A stretch of DNA of 64,000 nucleotides. Origin: Acidobacteriota bacterium. Lineage in GTDB: Bacteria > Acidobacteriota > UBA4820 > DSQY01. The stretch lies in the NCBI GenBank assembly GCA_021778515.1, contig JAJYCJ010000001.1, forward strand, positions 4,396 through 68,395, given 5' to 3'. Below are positions 16,858 through 24,745 of the stretch, piece after piece. Within the stretch, counting starts at the first letter, position 1. Each line of letters starts with the position of its first letter. The position numbers and the translations under genes are program-made. Below the pieces are notes generated by a model. It saw only the letters and a program-made list of their open reading frames with translations. It made no database searches and was not told where the DNA came from.

Positions 16858-17955
16858 TCAGCCGTTGCGGCGAATGAACTCTTCCATGAAGGAGACGAGG
16901 GTCTCGATCTGCAGCACGGTGACGGCGTTGTACATGGAGACGCGGATCCCGCCCAGGTCGCGGTAGCCCTTGAGGCCCACCATGCCGTTCTGCTTGGCCT
17001 CGGCGATGAACTTCGCCGTGAGCTCCTCGGTGGGGAGGAAGAAGTCCACGTTCATGGCGGAGCGGTCCTCCTTGACGGTGACCCACGGCCTGTAGAAGCC
17101 CGAGTGCTGGTCGATGCACCCGTAGAGGAGCTCGGCCTTCTTGAGGTTGTTCTTGTGGATGACGCCGAGTCCGCCGATCTGCTTGTTGTAGCTGAGGACG
17201 TTGCGCAGGATGTAGATGGAGAAGCAGGGGGGGGTGTTGTAGAGGCTGTTCTTCTCGGCGTGGATCTTGTAGCGCAGCATGGTGGGCAGCTTGTCGCTGC
17301 ACATCTCCAGAAAATCGTCCCGGATGAGCGCCAGCACCAGGCCGGAGGGACCGAGGTTCTTCTGGGCTCCGGCGTAGATGAAGCCGAAGGGCTTCACGTC
17401 GAAGGGGCGCCACATGAAGTCGCTGGACATGTCGGCTACGAGCGGGATGTTCCCGGTCTGCGGGAAGGTCTTCCACTGGGTGCCGTAGATGGTGTTGTTT
17501 GAGCAGATGTGGACGTAGGCCGCGTGGGAGTTGACCTTGATCTCCTCGGGACGCGGCAGGCGGCAGAACCTCTCGCTCTCCGTGGAGGCGATGCAGCGGG
17601 CGTCCTCGCCGGCCACGATGACCGCCTCCTTGTAGGCCTTCTTGGCCCAAGAGCCCGTCACGATGTAGTCCGCCTTGCGCCCCGAGTGGAGGATGTTCAT
17701 GGGCAGCATGGCGAACTGCATGTTGCCCCCGCCCTGGAGGAAGAGAACCTTGTAGTTGTCGGGGACGTTGAGGAGCTCCTTCACGAGGGCGATGGCCTCG
17801 TTGTGCACCGCGTCGTACTCCTTGGCGCGGTGGGAGATCTCCATCACCGACATGCCCGTGCCTTCGAAGTCCAGCATCTCCGCCTGAGCCCGCTCGAGGG
17901 CCGGGAGCGGCAGGCCCGCAGGACCAGCGTAGAAGTTGATCACCCGTTTGGCCAT
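16858..17955 (-). CDS. serC: Phosphoserine aminotransferase
   Basis: 365 aa; INFYAGPAGLP, PLP-binding region and the class V aminotransferase fold typical of SerC. Confidence 0.9.
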   Translation of the reverse strand: MAKRVINFYAGPAGLPLPALERAQAEMLDFEGTGMSVMEISHRAKEYDAVHNEAIALVKELLNVPDNYKVLFLQGGGNMQFAMLPMNILHSGRKADYIVTGSWAKKAYKEAVIVAGEDARCIASTESERFCRLPRPEEIKVNSHAAYVHICSNNTIYGTQWKTFPQTGNIPLVADMSSDFMWRPFDVKPFGFIYAGAQKNLGPSGLVLALIRDDFLEMCSDKLPTMLRYKIHAEKNSLYNTPPCFSIYILRNVLSYNKQIGGLGVIHKNNLKKAELLYGCIDQHSGFYRPWVTVKEDRSAMNVDFFLPTEELTAKFIAEAKQNGMVGLKGYRDLGGIRVSMYNAVTVLQIETLVSFMEEFIRRNG

Positions 17956-18038
17956 GCATCTCTCCTTCGGGAAGTCGAAACCGGTCGGCCGCGGGGCGAG
18001 GTTTTTTCAGCTCGCCGCCGTGCCGTTGCCTCGTCTGT

Positions 18039-18911
18039 TCACCTTCTCTTTTCCAGAATCTCCACGACGATGTCGCCGATCCTCAGCAGGTTCTCTTTCG
18101 ACGAAGCCCCGATGTGGGGCGTCATGAGCACGTTCGGGGCGGAGAGGAGCGGGCTGGAGGGATCGGGCGGATCCGAAGCCCAGACGTCCGTGCCGTACGC
18201 GCGCACCTTGCCCGACCGGAGGGCTTCGGCCAGGTCCTCCTCGACCATGACCTTGCCGCGGCTCGTGTTGATGAGGATCACCCCGTCCTTCATCTTGGCG
18301 AAGGCCGCCTTGTTCAACATGCCGCGGGTCTGATCCGTCAGCGGGGTGTGGATGCTGAGGTAGTCGGCCTCCTTCAACACGTCGTCCACGGAGGGCTTGA
18401 GCTGGGCGAAGTCGTGGTTCAGCACGAAGGGGTCGTAGGCGATGACCTTCATGCCGAAGGCCTTCGCGCGCTTGGCCACCTCCGTACCGATGAGTCCGAT
18501 CCCCAGCAGGCCCAGGGTCTTCTCGAAGAGCTCGGTGCGCTTGAGCTCCTTCTTGAGCCACTTCCCCTCCTTCATGGAGGTGTGGGCCTCCACGAGGCGG
18601 TTGGGGATGGCGAGCATGAGGGCCATGGCGAGCTCGGCCACCGCCACGGAGGAGGCCTGGGGCGTGTTCCTGACCTCGATCCCCTTCGCCTTGCAGGCCT
18701 CCTTGTCGATGTTGTCGGTGCCCACCCCGCCCCGAATCACGAGCTTCAGGTTGGGGGCGCCATCGACCACCTCTCGCGTGACCTTGGTCTTGCTGCGGAC
18801 GAGCAGGACTTCGGCTTCGCCGAGCCTCCCCACGTCCTCGTACACCTCGCCGAAAGCGGCGAGCCGCTTGGGCAGGGACGCGTCGAAGGCGTCCGCGATC
18901 AGGATCTTCAT
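18039..18911 (-). CDS. serA: D-3-phosphoglycerate dehydrogenase-like 2-hydroxyacid dehydrogenase (short form, no ACT domain)
   Basis: 290 aa; Rossmann motif GLLGIGLIGTEVAKRA; catalytic R...E...H (MTPHIGASS); adjacent to serC; lacks a C-terminal regulatory ACT domain. Confidence 0.75.
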   Translation of the reverse strand: MKILIADAFDASLPKRLAAFGEVYEDVGRLGEAEVLLVRSKTKVTREVVDGAPNLKLVIRGGVGTDNIDKEACKAKGIEVRNTPQASSVAVAELAMALMLAIPNRLVEAHTSMKEGKWLKKELKRTELFEKTLGLLGIGLIGTEVAKRAKAFGMKVIAYDPFVLNHDFAQLKPSVDDVLKEADYLSIHTPLTDQTRGMLNKAAFAKMKDGVILINTSRGKVMVEEDLAEALRSGKVRAYGTDVWASDPPDPSSPLLSAPNVLMTPHIGASSKENLLRIGDIVVEILEKRR

Positions 18912-19007
18912 TGGGATTCCTCCTCTCGAAAGGGAGAATGACCGAAGGGGAAGAGCCGATCCACCGCCTGGCCCTGACTCTCTTGGCCCCCTCTCCTCCC
19001 TGAGTCC

Positions 19008-20246
19008 TCAGTCTTCAATCAACCTCACCAGCAGGCCCGACCGCAGCTTGGGCTCGAACCACGTGGATTTGGGCGGCATGACCTGACCGGCGTCCGCCAC
19101 GGCCATGAGCTGGGTCAGGGAGGTCGGATAGAGGGAGAAGGCCACCGCCCATCCCTGCCCCACCCTCTTTTCCAGCTCGGCGGTCCCGCGGATGCCGCCC
19201 ACGAAATCGATGCGCTTGTCGGTCCGGGGATCGGCGATGCCGAGAACCGGGCCGAGCAGGTTGTCTTGAAGGATGGAGACGTCCAGCCCCCTCACGGGGT
19301 CTTCGGCGGGGAAGGTCCCCGGCTTGGCCGTCAGCCGGTGCCACTTACCACCGAGAAACATGCCGAACTGCCGGGGCGCCGACGGTTTGGGGGCAGGCGC
19401 CGGAGCCACCTCGAAGGCCGCCCGAACCTTTTCGAGGAACGCCTCGGGAGTGAGGCCCTTCAAATCCTTTACCACCCGGTTGTAGTCCATGATCTGGAGC
19501 TGATCGTGGGGGAAGACCACGGCCATGAAGGATTCGAAGGGCTCTTCCCCGGTGTGGGTGGCGCTCTTGGCCCTCAGGGCCTGCCCCGTGCGGACCGCGG
19601 CCGCGGTCCGGTGGTGGCCGTCGGCGACGTAGAGGGCGGGAAGCTCACCGAAGAGCCGCGTGAGGTCGGCCATATCGTCCTGATCGGCAACCACCCAGAC
19701 CGTGTGGCCGATGCCGTCCTCCGTCACGATGTCGTAGACGGGATCGCAGGAGCGGACCTTCTCCACGATCTCATCGATTTCCGTGCGGGCCCTGTAGGCC
19801 AGGAAGACGGGTTCCGCGTTGGCGTTCTGTTCGGAGACGTGGCGGGTGCGGTCGTCCTCCTTGTCCTTGCGCGTGAATTCGTGACGCTTGATGAGGCCCT
19901 CCTCGTACTCCTTCACCGAACAGAGGCACACCAGGCCCGCCTGAACGTGCGAGCCCATGCGCTGCTGATAGACGTAATAGCAGGGCTGCGCCTCCTTGAG
20001 GAGGACGCCGTCCGCGATGTAACGCTGCAGGTTCTCTCTGCCCTTGGCGTAGACCCTGTCGTCGTAAAGCGGCACGGAGGGGTCCAGGTCGATCTCGGGT
20101 TTTCCCACGTGCAGGAAGGTGTACGGGTTTCCCTTCGCCAGCTCCCTGGCCTCTTCGGAACTGATGACGTCGTAAGGAAAGCTCGCCACCCGCGCGGCGA
20201 GGCCGGCCTCAGGACGATAGGCGCGAAACGGCTTGATCTTCGACAT
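19008..20246 (-). CDS. DUF1015 domain-containing protein
   Basis: 412 aa; MSKIKPFRAYRP...ADGHHR motif characteristic of DUF1015; this family is recurrently found beside serA/serC. Confidence 0.8.
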   Translation of the reverse strand: MSKIKPFRAYRPEAGLAARVASFPYDVISSEEARELAKGNPYTFLHVGKPEIDLDPSVPLYDDRVYAKGRENLQRYIADGVLLKEAQPCYYVYQQRMGSHVQAGLVCLCSVKEYEEGLIKRHEFTRKDKEDDRTRHVSEQNANAEPVFLAYRARTEIDEIVEKVRSCDPVYDIVTEDGIGHTVWVVADQDDMADLTRLFGELPALYVADGHHRTAAAVRTGQALRAKSATHTGEEPFESFMAVVFPHDQLQIMDYNRVVKDLKGLTPEAFLEKVRAAFEVAPAPAPKPSAPRQFGMFLGGKWHRLTAKPGTFPAEDPVRGLDVSILQDNLLGPVLGIADPRTDKRIDFVGGIRGTAELEKRVGQGWAVAFSLYPTSLTQLMAVADAGQVMPPKSTWFEPKLRSGLLVRLIED

Positions 20247-20870
20247 GTTGCCCCCTTCTCGAGATGAGACTGTTACCGGATGCCCTCGCCGCCTCCCCGC
20301 CCCCGTGAGGTGGCCTAAAGTTCAGCATAGTCCAAGGAAGGGACGCATTCAACACGGCTGGGGCCGCTTCGGCCTCTCCTTATCCCCAAATTCCGCGATT
20401 GAAATACGGGTGGCTTCGGCCAGGTTTCGGACACACGGGGGAAAGGCATTGTCTCTTGGACGGGGAGGGTCATGGGCTTCCTCCTGCGATTCGCAGGCCA
20501 AGCCTGACGAATCGTCGTGTTGCCCTCCGGGGCCCCGCCCCACGGGCAAAGCCCGTTGGGGCCCCACCCCACCCTTGGGGCTTCCTCGCCCGGCCTGGGC
20601 CGGGTTCGGAGGCCACCCAAATCCCTTCGCGGGTGAAGACCGTCTTTCACGGGAACTACCCTCCATCTGCCTTTCGGAGCCACTCCCATGTCCAATCGCG
20701 GGATTTGGGTTTTTGTTGCGGGCGCCCCGACAGAAACCGCAGCCGGCCATCCGAACCTTTCAGCGCACGGCACCGGTCGAGAGACGCGGGCGTGGTGGCC
20801 CGCTGGGCCATTTGGCTCATTCGGGAGGCACCGCGGCGGATGGGCCTGTTCCACTGCCCTTCCGAGGGGG

Positions 20871-20879
20871 TGCTATAAT
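20871..20879 (+). promoter_or_regulatory. Extended -10 promoter element TGCTATAAT upstream of the proline dehydrogenase gene
   Basis: Perfect TGnTATAAT about 45 nt upstream of the ATG; RBS GGAGGAG follows. Confidence 0.4.
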
Positions 20880-20923
20880 GCCGCCTCGCGGGCATCCGTC
20901 CGCGGTTCCTGGAGGAGCAGCTC

Positions 20924-21832
20924 ATGTCCATGCTTGCCGTGAGAAGGTCCGTGGCCAACGCCATCCCTGGCCGGCTGGTTCGGGTGTTCGCCTCCCCTTA
21001 CGTATCGGGGGATTCGATGGAAAAGGGACTGCGCGCGGCCGACGAGCTTCACCAAATGAAGGGGATCGAATCCACGATGGACGTGTTGGGCGAGGCCGAA
21101 AAAACCGAGGCCAAGGTCCGTCACGCCGTCGATCTCTACCTGAAGACGCTGGACGCCCTGAAGGAGAGGCCCCACTGCACCATTTCGGTCAAGCCGGGCC
21201 ATTTCGGGTACTACGTGAACTCCGATCTTTGCCGGCGCAACATCGAGGAGATGGCCGCCGCATGCCAGAAGGCGGGCCGTGGCCTGACCATCGACATGGA
21301 GGACACGGACCTCACCGACTTCACCCTCCAGCTCTACAGGGAGCTCAAGCCCAAGTACCCCGTTCTGGGGACGGTCCTCCAGGCCCGCCTCCACCGCACC
21401 CTCGACGACATCGACAGCCTCGATGGCATGCAGGCCCATGTCCGCGCCTGCATCGGCATCTACAATGTCCCCGAACCGCTGGCGACCCAGAACCGTCGGG
21501 AGATGAAAGAAAATCTCCTCCGGATGATCCGCAAGCTGTTCGAGCGCGGCCACTACGTCTGCATCGCCACCCACGACGTGGAGTACATCGGCAAGGCCAG
21601 GGCCATCATCGCCGAGATGAAAATCCCCAGGGAGCGGTACGAATTTCAGATGCTCCTCGGCGTTCCGCGGGAAAAGATCCAGCGCGAGCTCGTGGCCGCC
21701 GGAGAAAAGGTGCGCCTCTACCTTCCCTTCGCCGTGGACTGGGACGACGCCATCGCCTACCTCAGGCGGCGCATGGTGGAAAGCCCGTCCATGACCGCCC
21801 TGGTCCTGAAGAATATCATCAAGCGGGGCTGA
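20924..21832 (+). CDS. Proline dehydrogenase (monofunctional PutA-like PRODH domain)
   Basis: 302 aa TIM-barrel PRODH family pattern (TISVKPGHFG...LTIDMEDTDLTD...CIATHD...YEFQMLLGV); RBS GGAGGAG before ATG; extended -10 TGCTATAAT at 20871-20879. Confidence 0.85.
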   Translation: MSMLAVRRSVANAIPGRLVRVFASPYVSGDSMEKGLRAADELHQMKGIESTMDVLGEAEKTEAKVRHAVDLYLKTLDALKERPHCTISVKPGHFGYYVNSDLCRRNIEEMAAACQKAGRGLTIDMEDTDLTDFTLQLYRELKPKYPVLGTVLQARLHRTLDDIDSLDGMQAHVRACIGIYNVPEPLATQNRREMKENLLRMIRKLFERGHYVCIATHDVEYIGKARAIIAEMKIPRERYEFQMLLGVPREKIQRELVAAGEKVRLYLPFAVDWDDAIAYLRRRMVESPSMTALVLKNIIKRG

Positions 21833-21922
21833 GGGGATCCCCACCGGCGAGGCCTCGGCGGCCTCTCCCGCGGCCGTGAGCGCCCCCCTCGTCCTCATGG
21901 TGGAGGGCGCTTACGCCGACAC

Positions 21923-21950
21923 TTGACGTTTGAGCAGCAAGGACTTATCT
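21923..21950 (+). promoter_or_regulatory. Sigma-70-like promoter candidate (TTGACG-16 nt-TTATCT) in an AT-rich island
   Basis: -35 TTGACG at 21923-21928, -10 TTATCT at 21945-21950; the only clearly AT-rich stretch in this intergenic region. Confidence 0.4.
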
Positions 21951-22113
21951 TACTTAAAGATGAATCGGTGGTAACGGACCTCGGGGAAGGTGGGCTTTGC
22001 CCGGCGGACCCCGTGGAGAGTGTACAGACGAGCGGGACGGGTGAGATTCAGTGCGGAAAAGCCCGTATCGTTCGCTGACCCTCCCTTACATCCATTTCCC
22101 CTCTTCACTCTAA

Positions 22114-22140
22114 GGGCCCAATCGGGCCCGCTTCTTTTGG
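22114..22140 (+). terminator. Intrinsic terminator / attenuator hairpin inside the leader upstream of the Xaa-Pro aminopeptidase gene
   Basis: GGGCCC-aatc-GGGCCC followed by GCTTCTTTTGG; lies about 165 nt downstream of a sigma-70-like promoter and about 105 nt upstream of the start codon. Confidence 0.5.
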
Positions 22141-22244
22141 CGGTAGGCGGTTCCGGCGTGATAGACTTCGGTCGTGCGGGGCCAGCATCCGCACACCCCA
22201 TGGGCACGGGCGCACGAAGCGCCCTCCACGAAAGGAGTCCAGCC

Positions 22245-23447
22245 ATGGCCCACGACCTCGCTCCCAAAGAGATCATCGCCGAGAAGCTCGACCAGGCGGC
22301 GCGGAAGATTAAGGAGCAAGCCATCGACCTGTGGGTGACCTTCGTCCAGGAGACGAGCGCCGGGGTGGAGCGAGTCTTCTCCTATGTTTCTCCCGGCCAC
22401 CTGACCTGGGAGAGCGTGATCGCCGTAACCCCCGGGGGGGAACGGTTCGTCATCTGCGGGAAGTTCGACCAGCAGGACTTCGAGGAGTCAGGCCTTTTCA
22501 CCGAGGTCTACACCTACGTGGAGGATTTCAAGGAGCCCTTTGGGCGCCTCCTCCAGCGGGTGAAGCCCGGCAGGGTCGCCCTCAACTTCTCGTTCAACGA
22601 CCCCACGGCGGACGGCATCAGCCACGGCAAGTTCGTCTTTCTTCAGGGGCTCCTCAAGGAAATGGTTCCAACCGCGCAGGTGGTCTCGGCCGAGGCGGTG
22701 GTCCTCTCGCTCATCTCCAGCAAGAGCCCCATCGAGCGCTCCGCCATCCAGGAGGGGGTGGATCTCACCGTCAAGATCTTCGGAGAGATCGACGCCTTCC
22801 TCAGGCCGGGCCTGACGGAGAAAGAGATCTACGGCTTCATCCAGGAGCGCATCCTATCCTACGGCGTCACCCCGAGCTTCCAGACCCTCGTCTTCACGGG
22901 CGACCGAGGGGCCGGATCGGGCCACGGCAGCGCGACCGAGAACCCGGTGCAGCCGGGCGATCTGGTGCACGTCGATATGGGCGTCTTCGTGCGAGGGTAC
23001 GCCTCTGACATGCAGCGCACCTGGTATGTGCTCAAGCCAGGTGAGGACCGCGCACCCGAGCCGGCCCAGAAGGGCTTCGACACCATCGTCCTCTCCATCG
23101 AGGCCTCGGGCAGGGCCCTCAAGCCGGGAGCCAAGGGCATCGAACTGGACACCATCGCCCGCAAGGTGGTGACCGACGCCGGCTATCCCGAATATCCCCA
23201 CGCCCTCGGCCACCAGATCGGCCGGCACGTCCACGACGGTGGAGCGCTCCTGGGCCCCGCCTGGGCCCGCTACCGGAACACCCCCTTCCTGGTTCTGGAG
23301 GCGGGGCAGATCTTCACCCTGGAACCCTCGCTGACCGTTCCGGGCTTTGGAGCGGTAGGTATCGAGGAGGATGCGATCGTCACGCGGGATGGTGCGCGTT
23401 ACATGGCACCGCCCCAGCGCAAGCTCTGGATGGTGAGAGGGAAGTAG
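22245..23447 (+). CDS. M24 family Xaa-Pro aminopeptidase / prolidase
   Basis: 400 aa; creatinase N-domain plus M24 pita-bread domain with metal ligands (HVDMGV...DMQRT..., HALGHQIGRHVHD, LEPSLTVPGFGAVGIEED); RBS AAAGGAG before ATG 22245. Confidence 0.85.
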   Translation: MAHDLAPKEIIAEKLDQAARKIKEQAIDLWVTFVQETSAGVERVFSYVSPGHLTWESVIAVTPGGERFVICGKFDQQDFEESGLFTEVYTYVEDFKEPFGRLLQRVKPGRVALNFSFNDPTADGISHGKFVFLQGLLKEMVPTAQVVSAEAVVLSLISSKSPIERSAIQEGVDLTVKIFGEIDAFLRPGLTEKEIYGFIQERILSYGVTPSFQTLVFTGDRGAGSGHGSATENPVQPGDLVHVDMGVFVRGYASDMQRTWYVLKPGEDRAPEPAQKGFDTIVLSIEASGRALKPGAKGIELDTIARKVVTDAGYPEYPHALGHQIGRHVHDGGALLGPAWARYRNTPFLVLEAGQIFTLEPSLTVPGFGAVGIEEDAIVTRDGARYMAPPQRKLWMVRGK

Positions 23448-23504
23448 CGTTTTGCCGGACTGGAGCGGTCCTGCAGCCGCCCCGTTCCCGAGGAGGAATC
23501 CGCC

Positions 23505-24041
23505 ATGAGGCCGAGAGCCGTCCTTCTGCTGGTCGCCGCCCTTTCCTCGCTGCTCTTGGCGGCCTGCGGCCCCAGCAAGGCGGAGGTGGCCGCGCGCGAG
23601 GCCGCCCGAAAGGCGGCGGACCTGGCCGCCTTTCAGGCGCGCGTCAAGGCCATGGAGGAGGCGTCCAAGCCCCCCGTCCTCACGGCCCGAGACACCGTGG
23701 TCAAAGGCCCCAAGGGGCTTCAATTCGTGGACATGAAGATGGGGACGGGCAGGGAGGCTGCGGACGGGTGTACCGTCACGGTCGATTTCATCGGGTGGGC
23801 GGACGGCGTCAAGATCGACAGCTCATCGGACAGGGGCAAGCCCTTCTCCTTCGTGCTCGGCTCCGGCGCCGTCATTCCGGGTTGGAACGTCGGCATCCAG
23901 GGCATGCGCGAGGGGGGCACCCGCCTCCTGATCATCCCGCCCGGGTTGGCCTACGGGAAGCAGGGCAAACCGGGTTTCGTGGGGCCCGACAAGACCCTCT
24001 GGTACAGGATCGAACTGCTGAAGGTCTACCCACCGCTGTGA
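23505..24041 (+). CDS. FKBP-type peptidyl-prolyl cis-trans isomerase, lipoprotein
   Basis: Signal peptide with lipobox (LLLAAC); FKBP domain (GLQFVDMKMGTGREAADGCTVTVDFIGWADGVKIDSS...FVLGSGAVIPGWNVGIQGMREGGTRLLIIPPGLAYG). Confidence 0.85.
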   Translation: MRPRAVLLLVAALSSLLLAACGPSKAEVAAREAARKAADLAAFQARVKAMEEASKPPVLTARDTVVKGPKGLQFVDMKMGTGREAADGCTVTVDFIGWADGVKIDSSSDRGKPFSFVLGSGAVIPGWNVGIQGMREGGTRLLIIPPGLAYGKQGKPGFVGPDKTLWYRIELLKVYPPL

Positions 24042-24167
24042 GCCCGCCTGCAATAGGGCATCGGCGGGCGGCGTTTTTCCGGGTGTGTTGAATCGAGGCG
24101 ACCGACCAGTCCGGGCGGCGAGCAATGGCGCCAGCGCCGGGCGGGATGCCTTCTCTGGGAGGGTCTC

Positions 24168-24608
24168 ATGGATACCGTCAAGCGGATCTTGGAAGAAAAG
24201 GGCACGGAGGTTTTCTCCGTCTCTCCGGAGACCACGGTCATGGACGCCGCCCGCCTGATGTCGGAGCACCGCATCGGGGCCGTGTTGGTCATGGCTGCGG
24301 GCCACGTCCGCGGGATCTTCAGCGAGAGGGACCTCCTGCAGCGGGTCCTGTTGAGGGGAAGCAATTCCGAGTCCCTGCCCGTGAGCGAGGTGATGTCCAC
24401 GGACATGGTGTACGTGACGCCCGACACGCCGGTTCGCGAGGCCATGGCCGTCATGACCGAGCGCCGCTGCCGTCACCTTCCCGTGATGGAGGAGGGGCGC
24501 CTCTGCGGCATGGTCTCCATCGGGGACTGCACCCGCTGGGTCTCACACGATCAGGATTTCACCATCCGCCACCTGACGGACTACATCGCCAACAAGTATC
24601 CGGCGTAG
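24168..24608 (+). CDS. CBS domain pair protein
   Basis: 146 aa; two CBS motifs (VFSVSPETTVMDAARLMSEHRIGAVLV; VTPDTPVREAMAVMTERRCRHLPV). Confidence 0.8.
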   Translation: MDTVKRILEEKGTEVFSVSPETTVMDAARLMSEHRIGAVLVMAAGHVRGIFSERDLLQRVLLRGSNSESLPVSEVMSTDMVYVTPDTPVREAMAVMTERRCRHLPVMEEGRLCGMVSIGDCTRWVSHDQDFTIRHLTDYIANKYPA

Positions 24609-24691
24609 GGTGGAAGTGAGGAGGGAGAGACGCCGGAGGGCCGGCCACCGCCCCTGAGCTTGGGTTTCTTTCGTACCCCTTGCACATGCTG

Positions 24692-24745
24692 CTCTTCTGT
24701 CTCCCTGTTTCCCTGTCTCCCCGTCCCCCTGTCTCCATCTTTTCC
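24692..24745. repeat. Pyrimidine-rich degenerate tandem repeat (ctgtctcc-like units)
   Basis: ctgtctccctg tttccctg tctccccg tccccctg tctccatc: about 6 imperfect 8-9-nt units between convergent CBS and rtcB genes. Confidence 0.4.

Noticed and set aside
21950-22245. Tests of the pepP leader against RNase P, SRP/4.5S, tmRNA, 6S and common riboswitch consensus cores
   Set aside because: None of the hallmark conserved cores were found. I kept it only as an unclassified candidate structured RNA.
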